A program made the translations under genes and the position numbers. Shown piece after piece: positions 1-12,644 of a stretch of DNA of 64,000 bases (the stretch's first letter is position 1; every line of letters begins with the position of its first letter). Source of the stretch: Antedon mediterranea (lineage: Eukaryota; Animalia; Echinodermata). The notes beneath the pieces are model-generated. The model was given only the letters and a program-made list of their open reading frames with translations. It was not told the origin of the DNA and did no database searches. The stretch lies in the NCBI RefSeq assembly GCF_964355755.1, contig NC_092679.1:21187432-21251431 (forward strand), read 5' to 3'.

Positions 1-2263
1 TGAACCACCACTTGTATTCATTCATTCATTATGATTAATACATTTAATCAGTACCGTAATATTTAGTGTTAGTTGTTGTAAATCTACAATCTGCACACCA
101 ATATTATTCAATATAATCCTCATTTTTTTCTCGTAATGTTCGTATAACTAACCTTTTTATCCATATTTAATAGTTCAATACAATATTAAAAATAACCATA
201 CGTATATAAAAAAGATTTTAAAAATCTTAATTTATAGCATGATTTCCTTCTTATATTTCCCCTTCTTATTTTCCCCTCCTTTTATTTTTCCTTCATCTTA
301 TTTTCCTTTCATCTTATTTCCCGTCTCTTATCATCTTCCCTTCCTCATAATGGTTTTCTCATTTATTTATTTTCATAAGGAGAAAAAGGGGGAATTTTAC
401 TATGCGGATATGGATCTAGGCCCCAAAACAGAACAATAAGTGATATTAACCTTTCCATTGTATTACAGTATTTAAACCGTTAAGCTCATAGACCATTGAC
501 ACTCTACATAGATAGCTTACCGTATTAATCCCCATCTATTGATGGCAATTATATAGTGTACAGTATGCCGAATTAATTATAATATTTTAGACTTCTAGAT
601 ATAAGCATGAGAAATCAACCGAATTCGTCGAGAATTACGAACGCATGAAGCATGATATAAATTGCGTTTATCATCAGCTAATGTTGCCACAGTGTAGCCT
701 ACTTGCCTACATTACTGTTGTTGCGTAACACATTAAATTACATTACTATAATGTCATTCCAGTTGTAATTAGGCCTCCAAGACTAATTAGTACATTTCTT
801 ATTCTGAGCTGCTTAAAGGGGTTGAATTATATTATATTTTCTGTGATCACTAATGCATGGTAATATCTCCGATCGCCGTTAATTTGAATCTCAGGATCTC
901 GTACGATCGACTACGTATGACCGCGCGTCCCTCGCAATCACACGCGAGTACCAAAAACCCGAAACTATTAATTTATATAGATAAAACAAGAACAACTTAC
1001 CGAAATTTAACAGGCTTTGAAAATACAAGAGGGAGAAATATAAAGCGACTATTACAGCCATGTTTGCACTGATGCTTCTATAATATTGGTCGTCTATTGT
1101 TGCAGTGAACTTTGACCTCTGTAGCGACAAGCAACCGTGAAATATTATGCATACAAATCCATAGTCAATAGTCGTTGTTTTCAAGCATAACAATAGCGAA
1201 CTGATCGACGCTCTATTCTCTTTAATAATCAACCCGGTTTTCGTGAATGAGTGTGTGAATCACTTTAATAGCGTATGATCGGGTGGGCAAGCCCAAAGCG
1301 GGGCTTGCCTTTCACATCTGTTGTTTATAGGCTACGTAATGCATCAAAACGTTTCGTTTACTGCGCAGCTACACTGTGTTCATAACAACGATTTCAATAC
1401 ATAAATTTATCTCAGCATGTAATAAATATCATGTAACAACCACTGCACTATTATTGGCTGGTTCAGTAATCCCGCAGGTGCAATGTACGCTGTATATCCT
1501 CAGCATTTATTGCCTTTATAATAATTGCATAACATTGTCGCGCCTGTAATAAAATAATACGGTACGCAAAAATATATACATAATAAACGATTATAATTAA
1601 TTGTATATAATATATTTGCATTTTGTTTTGTCGGCATTTTTTAGTTACAGCTATTTTTTCAAAAACTTCAGATACCTTAGAATTATTGTTATAAAAAATT
1701 GTTAAAAAAACAACCATGCATGATTCTCAACAAGTAACAATGCGCCAATGAAATTGCATCTTTGTCATAAAAAAAAACATCATAGATAATATTATGAGGC
1801 TCACGCCCTCTGTTAATCATTACTATATTTAGTACACAGCGGTCATGCGCATTCAGGTTTAATAATTTACCCGGTTAAGTTGGTTATCTACCTAAAGTAA
1901 GCGATAATTTGGTCCATGGGGTTATACCTCCATGTTCGGCCCATGACTTTACTCTTAGCGAGTAAACTATCTAAGGTTGAACAATATTCATCATCATTGT
2001 AACACAACAAAACACTCTGATATGCTCATAGGCCTAAACATTATTAACCAAGCAACCATTACATTAGTTTAAAGTTTAAAATTAATTTCGTGCAAATTAC
2101 ACTGGTTATATAAATAATGTGGCTAATCTTTACCCGATATGTTCAAAGGTTATAAAGATTATAAAGACCTTGGGACTTGATCCCGTGCCTTATTCTCAGA
2201 CAACAAGTACACCACTTCAATTCGCAACACATACGACCGTCTCCACTGTAAAACGAAAATAAG

Positions 2264-4551
2264 ATGAGGGCTTATTTGGCATTATGTCTCCTGTTTCTTG
2301 CTATTACGGTTAAATCACAGGTTCCTAGACCATGTGGTAAGTAGCCTAGACATTTTTTATTCAAATTGTATAAAGTTATAATATTTGAGAATGGTAATCT
2401 CTGTCCTTTTTAACGTTAAAGAATGGGCTGCGTGTCAGATCATATTATATAGGCTACTGAGCCTACATGGTGATAGGCATAATTAAAACAATAATATGTT
2501 TTTTCTCACATAATTTGGCATCAAATTATTATTACCGGCTTTCATCTTCATAATTATATTGTATAATCATACTTTATGTTGCTATTTGGTCTTTGTCTTC
2601 GTTTTACCATATCTTCGTTTTTATTTTTCTTTACCGATATTATAATAAATTTTTATTAAAAAAACCCTCAAATGATATTATTCTCTCAATAGGTGCCCCA
2701 AGTGCTATGGAGGCCAAGATAATTGAGGTAATTGTCTATAACAGTAAATCAGGAGGCTACATGGTTTGATACATTTCAGTGTAGATTATTTGCAAACGGG
2801 GTATGTGCATGATGCAGATAAGAATAAGGGCAGTACCACCCTTTCCGGTACATTTGCATGTAGTGATAGCTTGGTGGTTAATGTGTTTGCATGCCTTCCA
2901 ATCCCAATGTGCATGTGTTTACTAAACCTCACTCCAAGCCTCAAATAAGACTTAATATATTTACCTTAAAAGCACGAAAGATTATCAAATAGTGTATGCA
3001 TCCTGTAATTTACCGAGTTGCGCTTTAAATACAAAATGGTCAGCTCAAAGGGAGGTGTTACCAGGGAAGAAAATTATCGCTAATTTTACCATTTCCTGCT
3101 GTTACATATATTTATTTCACAATACTGTAAAAAAGTCCATTCGATATTTAGAATTTGTTTTTGCACCCGCAACAATCATGGTATCCTTATTTACTTTAGG
3201 TGAACCATGAACGCCAGTATGAAGTCCGTTCTAGGTTGTCGTATGACGCACGTAATTACCGTAAACGTTACGTGGACGAAGTGTTTACCACGGGTGATAA
3301 GCGTGATTATTTCGACGTTCTGTATTTACATAACGTGGTGAGCTGAGCTATTGGCTGTTGTTATATGTTGGCCTATTTTTTCTCAGTTTATAGGTCTTTT
3401 GAATTATGTTTTTCGGGCAAGCCTATACTGTTAGACTTGCCCTAAGTCTGTATTAGACTTGCCCCAAGTCTGTATTATTATTGTCTTTTTTATTTATTTT
3501 TTATTTCGATTTTTGTCTGAAAATTTACTCTTTGCTCAAGTGGTATGCGTATGAAATGCCATATGTGCCAAAATATTATTTTGTTACTAATATTAAATCA
3601 AAACTCCGCCAGAACTACTAGTCTACTGTATCAACTAAAAAGTTATTTTTGGTAGATGAAATCTAAATTTTACTTTAATTATGTAGGGGATAGAATATCG
3701 TTTTGATCTGCAAACAAAGAAATGCGAATCTCGAAAAATCAGCAAAGACCAATTTTTCCCTATCGGAATTCCGGAAAACGCAACATTCTACGGAGAAGCA
3801 AACATCGGCACTAAAGGTTTCCCCGGTGAAGGGGTTCTTGTACAGACATGGGGCGGACAATCCGAACGAGGTGAGCAACACAGATGTATCGAATTTAAAG
3901 CATGTCACTTTTATTTTACGTTGTTTTCATTTCATATCCAAAATCTGTCCCAATATTCCTTAGAAATAGTTTTGGTTGAGAAATTTACTCACAATAAGCT
4001 CTGTACGGTACTGTACAAGGTACTATTTGTATAGGCCTCATAGGACTCCCCTACTGTAAACACAAGTAGGCCTATATGTTTGACTTTTCCTAAAAAGTAT
4101 CACACCGACCGATTATGTGCATTCCCAAGACCCAAGAATGGATGATAGGACAAATTTACAATATTATTCGATTATGTGATCATTTCTGATCTTCCTTTTG
4201 ATTAGGTCGCTATTCTGGCATTTGGACAGTAACCGGCTGTTTGCCGGTTAAAGAGGGTTATTATAGTAACCAAACTGGCTATATTAGTACCGAGTAAGTA
4301 CAATATTTTTAATCACTTACCGTATGTTATTATGTAATAGGCCTCTTGTATAGCTATTATGATATTATAAGAGTACATGACTCCTGAAATTAAGTCGCGT
4401 TTACACTGAAGCCGAATATGTATAGTGTGAACGGACCTTTATGCATGTTATGATTTCGTAATGATTTGTATTTTACAGGTTCTATGACATCACACTTGGA
4501 ATTAGTGATCCCAATGTGTTCATGCCACCTAAAGAGTGTAGCGGTGTTTAA
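2264..4551 (+). CDS. EPDR: Ependymin-related secreted protein, tandem copy 1 (6 exons, 196 aa)
   Basis: Exons 2264-2336, 2693-2727, 3200-3337, 3687-3870, 4206-4293, 4479-4551, all GT-AG and in phase (591 nt). Signal peptide MRAYLALCLLFLAITVKS, then QVPRPC, LSYDARNYRKR, KKC, IGIPENATFYGE, GVLVQTW, GCLPV and FYDITLGISDPNVFMPPKEC: ependymin-family motifs with four conserved Cys. Confidence 0.93.
2860..3015 (+). mobile_element. Degenerate tRNA-derived SINE (same family as 32243 and 44274)
   Basis: A-box-like agcttggtggttaa, and shared blocks actccaagcctcaaataagacttaa, aagcacga and catcctgtaatt; lies in EPDR-1 intron 2. Confidence 0.55.
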
Positions 4552-4749
4552 ATGCCAGTCTGCCTGTTTCATGAATTTTATTTTCTTTGTTCATGCTATT
4601 TTTATGTGATTAAACAGGTCATAGTGTAAGCATTTTTGTTTGATGGACTTTAATTTTCATACTATACGTTATATTACGGATATGGATATTGTCATTAATC
4701 CAGTTAGTAATAAGTTTTAAAATAGATCAATTTATTCCAAAAAATTCAA

Positions 4750-4935
4750 ATGGACCAGAATTTATGAACATTCCTAGACAGCTCCTCGACCCTTTCATAG
4801 GTTACTGACCAGTATCCCATAATCCCATCATTCGGCCTGATGATACGGCTTGGATAGGTCTTGAAACGTCGCAACGCTGCTTACTAAACAAGTAAGTCCA
4901 GTTAATTAGTTTTTATCTCTTTCTAAACTAAGACC
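4750..4935 (+). mobile_element. Penelope-like element terminal fragment with degenerate hammerhead core
   Basis: CTGATGA (4837-4843)...GAAACGTC (4863-4870), followed by aagtccagtt. This layout is typical of Penelope pseudo-LTR minimal hammerheads; stem II pairs poorly. Confidence 0.5.
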
Positions 4936-5229
4936 ATCTTTATATTCGATACATAAGAAAGAAAAAACTAATTAAAATTATGTCCAGACAGTTACGAATA
5001 AACATGACTGGTAATAACAATAACATGAGCGTCTATTGACTCTGTTTTAAAATGTAATGTGTAAAGTAGTTTATACAGTGACGAAGTATGATAATTATTA
5101 CTTGGCCGTCGTAATAGTGGGGAACCTAATGTAATTCCGTGAGATTTGAATGCTAAAGTTGAGTTCTTAGCAGTTTTGGAATCCTAGACTAGTAGAATTC
5201 ATTGCAACTGAGGGTAAATTTTTCCCGAC

Positions 5230-5470
5230 CCTATTTTGGCCGCCATCTTGGATTTCAAAATGGCCCCAATTTTTTACTTAAGACTGATAGTAGCTCCGAT
5301 TTTAAACCACGTACGAACGTAATTTGTGTGACAAATCTTACAATATTATGATAAATCAGTCCAATGGTACAATTTATAATAATAGCATATGGCAACCATA
5401 TTGGATTCCAAGATGGCCGTCATTAAAACGTATATAATGTATGTATTCATCAAATTATGGCTGCCATAAT
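5230..5470. mobile_element. DNA-transposon-like fragment with repeated ATGGCCGCCAT-type motifs
   Basis: ggccgccatcttggatttcaaaatggcc, atggcaaccatattggattccaagatggccgtcat and atggctgccat are degenerate subrepeats typical of subterminal regions. Confidence 0.4.
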
Positions 5471-5503
5471 GCTATATACCACAATTAATATAACTTATAC
5501 ATA

Positions 5504-6811
5504 CTAGATGGTACGCTCGATTCGCTCGCGTACCATCTAGGTCGTGCCCACAGATGGTTCTCGAATATACAGTAATTTCAGCGTAACAAAACTGGCGATT
5601 TCAAATGTACGTACCGCAGGACTATAATACATTGTCGTTTACAGAAACGAATAAATAGACACGATGATTTATGTAGTCAACTAAAATTAGCACCCTGGGA
5701 ATTACTTCCGAAGGAGAAACTTATCACAAAATGAGTCCAAATTTTTGATTTGGACTCATTTAAAGAAACCCAATTTGTGTTTTGTATGTAACATTAGGGT
5801 TGAGGGATGGGAAAGCGGATAGGTACAAAAAGGAACAATTTTTGAATATATTCTTTATCCACTCAGTAACGAAATATTTTGTTAATGTTTTATAAGCCTA
5901 TACATAATATACCTCTAAATACAGTAAAACATTTATTTAATACTTTGTTAAAACTGTCACTGTCATAATCGATTGAAATATTAAAGTACATGTCACGATA
6001 CACCACTACGACGTTTATATTTTTGGTAATTATTAATTAATACAAACGTTGAGAAGGAACTGCCAGTATAAAGTTTATTTGTATATGATAATGTGTTTAT
6101 ATATCTAACAGTAGAGCCTATCCACAATGTCAGTAATACAGTTTATTATTATCTAACAGGACGAACATTCACAGTAAGAAATGTTCGATTCAAATGAGGA
6201 CCAAATAGTTAATAGGTATTTACAGTATTGTCAAAGTATTGCAAGTTTATTCTCAAAGGGCCCATATATTTACCTACCGTATGTGTTAAACCAAGGGCTC
6301 ATAAATTTACCGACTTGTGTTAAACCAAACTCTGGCAGACTGAGAGATTGGGATGTTCCATTCATCGCAAATCAATACATTTGTATAATCGTATATTAAA
6401 TCTATCAAAATAGTATTTTTTAAAGAAAATCGGCCTGTCTTCAACATTATGATGGTGTACTCTAGCTGTTCAACCGGTTTTCAGCTATTAAAAACAATTA
6501 TCGTAGGAGGAGATAGGAAAATGCGAAGCCTCCTCGCATTTTTGTGGCGGGTATTTTTTAAGATGGACATCCATTAGACAGTGTATACCACGATCGGAAA
6601 ACACCCCTATTTGGGGCAAATCGTTGAACCTAAATTCGTTTTAATCGTCAATAACTAATTATCTAACTTAATTTAATTAGTAAACAGGGTTACATCAGGC
6701 GGTTAAAATCAGTACCGAAAGTACGAACCAACTTTACATACCATCGAGTAAAAATTCTAGAAGTAAGGCGCGATTTACCGAATTTTGCCCTTACGTAAAT
6801 TTATATATAGA
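5504..6811 (-). mobile_element. Non-autonomous Helitron
   Basis: The minus strand begins A|TCTATATATAAA (6811) and ends with a hairpin and CTAG|T (plus: ctagatggtacgc-tcgattcgctc-gcgtaccatctag, 5504-5540). Inserted between A and T with no TSD. No Rep/Helicase ORF. Confidence 0.75.
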
Positions 6812-6915
6812 TAACTGGTGATTTCAAACACACCCTTCACATTTCCGCAACACTTACAGAGTGTGGAGTTCCTGTTTGATCATATACAGAAAAGGCTTCG
6901 TAAAAGAAAAATAAC

Positions 6916-9599
6916 ATGAGGGCTTGTTTGGCATTATGTCTTCTGTTTTTTGCAACTAATGTTAAATCGCAGGCTCTTGCACCTTGTGGTATGTAATTTT
7001 CTTCTTTTTTTTAACTTCAGTATTTTAAGAATAGGCCTACAGTTTGTAATGGTGATTCGTATCAGTAGTTTACGTCTCCTGTTAAACATACATAGCAATA
7101 TAATAATAATAATTTTTAAAAAAATCTCGTCGTCATCATATTTTTCTTCTTCAACATTAAAGATGTTTTGTTCCCCAAAAACATGAAAAAATAATAAAAT
7201 CAGACTTTGAATACGCCATTTTGTTTTAGTCACATCCGTAAAAAATACCCGAACAAAAATATTATAAAATGACACAATAATGGTTAGGCCTATATTCAAC
7301 CAAAAACCTTTTGCCTGGCAGTATCTTGCATTGTTACAGTCTTTTTTCAGGTAAATAATTTCTTTTTTTTCAATCCAAATTTTTTTCGAAGTTGATAACT
7401 ATTAGGCCTATGTGACATTACAATGGCATTTTCAACGAAAACATTATTTTTCAGGGGGACAATATATCTTTAAGCATAAGCATGATTTCTAATACAATAT
7501 GTTGTTGTCGAACGGCTATGCCTTGTCTCCATTACCATCCCCATAACTATATTTTCTCTCAATAGATGCTCCAGATTTTTTGGAGGCCAAGATAATCGAG
7601 GTAATGTTGTGAGTCTAATGAAAAAAAATGTTTGCTTATTCATCTCATTGGGAAATCGCATGTTTGTCGATAATCCTATCTTTTAAGTCTGATTTTTTTT
7701 CTCTATGAAAAGTTAATGCGCATTTAGCTTTTAATCTACTTTTTGTAGAAGACAAATTCTAAAGAAATTCTAAAGATATTTCTAAAGTTGTTTCTATACA
7801 ATTTCTATCTATACAAAATCTAAAAGTAAAATATATAGAATTTGTATATAATTTCTATAGAATTTTGTTATATAAATTCTATACATAATGTATTTCGTAG
7901 GGGAAAATAATGCAACTAGTCAGAGTTCAGGAATATTCGAAGGCCCGAGGGCGAATACATTGGCCTAGTAGTAGTGTAGTATAGTGAATAACAGTAAATA
8001 TTTCCTCCATGATTTGTCCCACTTTTTGGACGCAACACGTAATTTGATAAATCGCTTGTGATTGGTCAACTCATTTGCGTTATGCATGACGTCGTTACGT
8101 TCCGTCCAAATGGGAATCAAGCTCTAGTCAAACCAAGGCAATTAAACAACAGGACGCGATATTTCTTTTCGTACATAAGTTGAGGACCCCGCATGAAACG
8201 TCACAAAATAAACATTATTCAATAGTCGTTAAACGCACACACGTAGATTGATATCTTATAATTGTAGGTAAACCGTGAACGCCAGTATGAAGTCCGTTCC
8301 AGGTTGTCGTATGACGCACGTAATTACCGTAAACGTTACGTGGACGAAGTGTTTACCACTGATGATACTCGTGAATATTTCGACGTTCTGTATTTACATA
8401 ACGTGGTGAGCTATTGTATGATTTTTTTTGTTGGCCTATTTTTCTGAGTCTTTTCAATTATTTTATGGCAGGACTACTGTATCAACTAAAAAGTTATTTT
8501 TGGTAGATGAAATCTCAATTTACTTTAATTATTTAGGGGATAGAATATCGTTTAGATCTGCAAACAAGGCAATGCGAATCTCGAGATATCAGCCAAGAAC
8601 AATTTTTCCCTATCGGAATTCCGAAAAACGCAACATTCTACGGCGAAGCCACCATCGGCACTAAAGGTTTCCCCGGTGAAGGAGTTCTTGTACAGACATG
8701 GGGCGGACAATCCGAACGAGGTGAGCAACACATATGTATCGAATTTAAAGCATGTCACTTTTATTTTACGTTCTTTTTATTTAAAATCCGAACGAGGTGA
8801 GTGAAAGATCAAAGTAAATCAGTCTCTACAAAGTGTTTACTAATTTGACAAAAGAAGTGAGTAATTTACACAATAAATAGGTATAGTGTAATGTGTTTTA
8901 ACCCAATACACAGACGTGCTGGTATTACATGAAACATACGATCCTCCTGTGCACCGCATATGTTTTAAAACTTAGGCTGACCGATTTAATTCCCTAATAA
9001 TAATAGTTTATCCACGTTCACGGATTATGTGCTTAAACGTGTATGAATTCTTCACATGCAATCTCATAAGTACATTTTTACTCTATTCTTCTATCATGTG
9101 ACCATTTTTTGTATATAATTTAGGTCGCTATTCTGGCATTTGGACAGTAACCGGCTGTTTGCCAGTTAAAGAGGGTTATTATAGTAACCAAACTGGCTAT
9201 ATTAGTACCGAGTAAGTACAATATTTCTAATCATCTATTAACCATGAAATTACATTAATAATTAAAATAAAATTATGGTATAGACAGAAGAATCTTAAGG
9301 CAATCCATGATGACCCGAAATAAATAATTATATATATCTCTCTCGTTGAGTTTATCCCGTTTTTCAACGTGGACGTGACATTATTGGTGTCCATAGGCAA
9401 TCACAACATATTGCCTTAATACCATACACATTTTTTCCTGTTCTCTAAAGAAATGAATAAGCAGTATGTATAGTGTGAACAGACCTTTATGCATGTTATG
9501 ATTTCGTAATGATTTGTATTTTACAGGTTCTATGACATCACACTTGGAATTAGTGATCCCAATGTGTTCCTGCCGCCTAAAGAGTGTAGCGGTGTTTAA
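6916..9599 (+). CDS. EPDR: Ependymin-related secreted protein, tandem copy 2 (6 exons, 196 aa)
   Basis: Exons 6916-6988, 7566-7600, 8268-8405, 8537-8720, 9124-9211, 9527-9599, with the same sizes and phases as copy 1. About 24 aa differences from copy 1; ends FYDITLGISDPNVFLPPKECSGV*. Confidence 0.93.
7740..7903. repeat. Short AT-rich direct/inverted subrepeats ending tttcgtaggg; possible DNA transposon terminus
   Basis: Repeated attctaaag, tttctataca and tatagaattt units in EPDR-2 intron 2. Confidence 0.35.
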
Positions 9600-9689
9600 A
9601 TGCCCGTGCATTTAACGTGCGGCAAAGTTTCTTGAATGTATTTTCTTTTCATTTTTTGTGATTCATTAAAAAATATAAAAAACAATGTA

Positions 9690-10480
9690 AAATCAATTTA
9701 AACGTATAGACCAGTTTGATCAGAAAAATCTTTCAAATTACGCTATATTCGATAAACAACAATAAAGGAATTAAATAAATGATTTGTAAACAATAGTTAA
9801 ATTTATTCCTCAAAACATCCTTTGTACTATCTATTTCTCCCTTATTCTTCCTTATCTCCACTATTGCAATATTGTCTGGGGGAACACTTATCCGTCGTAC
9901 CTAAACAAACTTCTTTTACTACAAATAAAATGTATTAGAAACATTTCAAACTCGCCTCCAAGAGCCCACTCAGATCCGTTTTTTTGCATCCCTTTCCCTT
10001 TTAAAAATTTACGATATAAATTGCCTTCAACAATGTATTTTTGTATACTCTTGGTTAAATTCCCTAATCCCCACTCAATTTCAACCCCTGTTCAAATTCA
10101 ATTTCAACTATCATAGTCATAACACAATTAGAACCTCAAATAAAATACATATTCCATTACACAAAACACTATCTTTCCAACATAACATTCAGTTTTCAGA
10201 GCCAAAATATTGGAACAACTTCCCAAATACATAACCGAATCGCCAACAAAAAAACATTTCTCATTTAAGCTAAAAAGGCATCTATTATCCACATACAATC
10301 ACTGAATCCTAAATAATATTAATTCAAATTTCATTGATATTTTCAATCGGTTATTTTTGTTTACTTTGTTTTTTTTAATGATTTTTTTATATTTTTTTTT
10401 ATTTTTTTGCAGCCCACTACACTTTCACAAACACTGTTAATTGAAAAGAAAAGAGAAATAAATGTTCTGAAATAAAATAA
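9690..10480 (+). mobile_element. Decayed 3' fragment of a CR1/L2-group LINE
   Basis: Frameshifted translation near 9860 reads HYCNIVWG.NTYPSYLNKLLLLQ, later WNNFP; this is the post-RT region of CR1/L2 ORF2. A-rich end. Confidence 0.65.
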
Positions 10481-10535
10481 AATTAGGAAAATAGCCTAAT
10501 AATATAGTTTGTTATTGAGAAATGTTTTTTTAAAA

Positions 10536-11623
10536 GCTACATTTACACTCGATACAAGCAAGACAACAAAGTACAGTGTGAATGTGTATTTACCTGCTAC
10601 ATTTACACTCGATAAAAGCAAGACAACAAAGCACAGTGTGAATTTATATTTACCTGCTACATTTACACTCGATACAAGCAAGACAACAAAGCACAGTGTG
10701 AAGTGTGTATTTATCTGCTACATTTACACTCGATACAAGCAAGACAACAAAGCACAGTGTGAATGTGTATTTACCAGCTACATTTACACTCGATACAAGC
10801 AAGACAACAAAGCACAGTGTGAATGTGTATTTACCTGCTACATTTACACTCGATACAAGCAAGACAACAAAGTACAGTGTGGATGTGTATTTACCAGCTA
10901 CATTTACACTCGATACAAGCAAGACAACAAAGTACAGTGTGAATGTGTATTTACCTGCTACATTTACACTCGATACAAGCAAGACAACAAAGCACAGTGT
11001 GAATGTGTATTTACCTGCTACATTTACACTCGATACAAGCAAGACAACAAAGTACAGTGTGAATGTGTATTTACCTGCTACATTTACACTCGATACAAGC
11101 AAGACAACAAAGCACAGTGTGAATGTGTATTTACCTGCTACATTTACACTCGATACAAGCAAGACAACAAAGCACAGTGTGAATGTGTATTTACCTGCTA
11201 CATTTACACTCGATACAAGCAAGACATCAAAGCACAGTGTGAATGTGTATTTACCTGCTACATTTACACTCGATACAAGCAAGACAACAAAGTACAGTGT
11301 GAATGTGTATTTACCTGCTACATTTACACTCGATACAAGCAAGACAGCAAAGTACAGTGTGAATGTGTATTTACCTGCTACATTTACACTCGATACAAGC
11401 AAGAAAACAAAGCACAGTGTGAATGTGTATTTACCTGCTACATTTACACTCGATACAAGCAAGACAGCAAAGCACAGTGTGAATGTGTATTTACCTGCTA
11501 CATTTACACTCGATACAAGCAAGACAGCAAAGTACAGTGTGAATGTGTATTTACCTGCTACATTTACACTCGATACAAGCAAGACAACAAAGTACAGTGT
11601 GAATGTGTATTTACCAGCTACAT
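10536..11623. repeat. 60-bp minisatellite, about 18 near-identical copies
   Basis: Unit gctacatttacactcgatacaagcaagacaacaaag(c/t)acagtgtgaatgtgtatttacct; it aligns line over line in the 60-column listing, with one 1-nt deletion near 10702. Confidence 0.97.
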
Positions 11624-12644
11624 TGAGAATATATTATAAGCTCTGCTAATTTTTCTGGCTTTTTAATTGTATCGTTTTGCTTTAGCTTTTTGCTTATTTT
11701 ATTGTTTATCTCTATTGAGATCCAGCAACTGACACCTAATACAGCATTGTCATTTTTCAATAATTTGCCTTTTGATTTAGACTATATATATTCTTTATAA
11801 TGCAATAAAAACTATTATAAAAAAAGTCCGTTTTCAATGTAATGTAAGTTGTTTTGCTGTTTAAATCCGTGAAAATCAATGATGATGAAAATAATAATGA
11901 TGACGACAATGGTCGTCAAAACAGAAGGATAACACATAAATATTGTATGTAAAGTTATGTAAAGTAGATACTACTATGTTGTTTTAATCCAAGTCTGAAT
12001 GTATTTTGGAATGCCCTCCCAGTGTGGTATCACTGGCACAGAAATGTAATACTCGGCTTATATCAAGTTACTAAAATAAACTCAACATATCCAGCTAATG
12101 TAATAGAACAAGGATGTCAATGTTCACAGTCGCAGGGGCGCGCGTACACAGAATGTGACGTAATTACAAGGCTAAGGTAGCGTCGTACGAACGAGGCTTA
12201 ACGAAAGGTCTTTCTCGTCGGTCGCGACAAGACGAATCGTCGGGCGTAGTCTTTAGGTCGTCGCGAGAACTTTAAACATGTTTCTCCTAAAAGGTTGTTC
12301 CGATCAACCGAGAGGCGGACGAATAATTATGGGGACACTTAATGTATATGTAAATTATCTGATATACGCATGCGTACTTGCAGCACGCTATACCGCATTC
12401 ATTAACGTATCAATCAACACTAAAATGTATTTATAATCTAACAGAACAAACCAGTATAATTTATTTAATAACGCATTTCTCGAAAAATACACACCGGAAA
12501 TAGGCCTACGTAATATTATGGAAATGCATTTATGGAAATGTCACTCAAATCTGGTGTCTCCCCACACCCACGTCTTTTATTCAGAACTCAACCAGGATTT
12601 TGTAGTTCTTCTGTACGTTAGCACCACTGCAACACGAAATAACC

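Noticed and set aside
239-1717. Small ORFs at the window start, or a fourth EPDR copy
   Set aside because: Low-complexity or repeat-like sequence; no EPDR exon motifs found upstream of 2264.
3675-9611. Paired ORFs 3675-3908/8552-8758 and 4390-4572/9381-9611 as a duplicated minus-strand gene
   Set aside because: They are antisense shadows of EPDR exons 4 and 6; the splice signals and family motifs are on the plus strand.
10509-11649. Long ORFs of 310-376 aa, including a Cys/Tyr-rich repeat protein; also a superficial CRISPR-like look
   Set aside because: They arise from a stop-free 60-bp unit. Three frames on two strands are open, a 1-nt deletion switches frames, there is no signal peptide or splice context, and there are no unique spacers.
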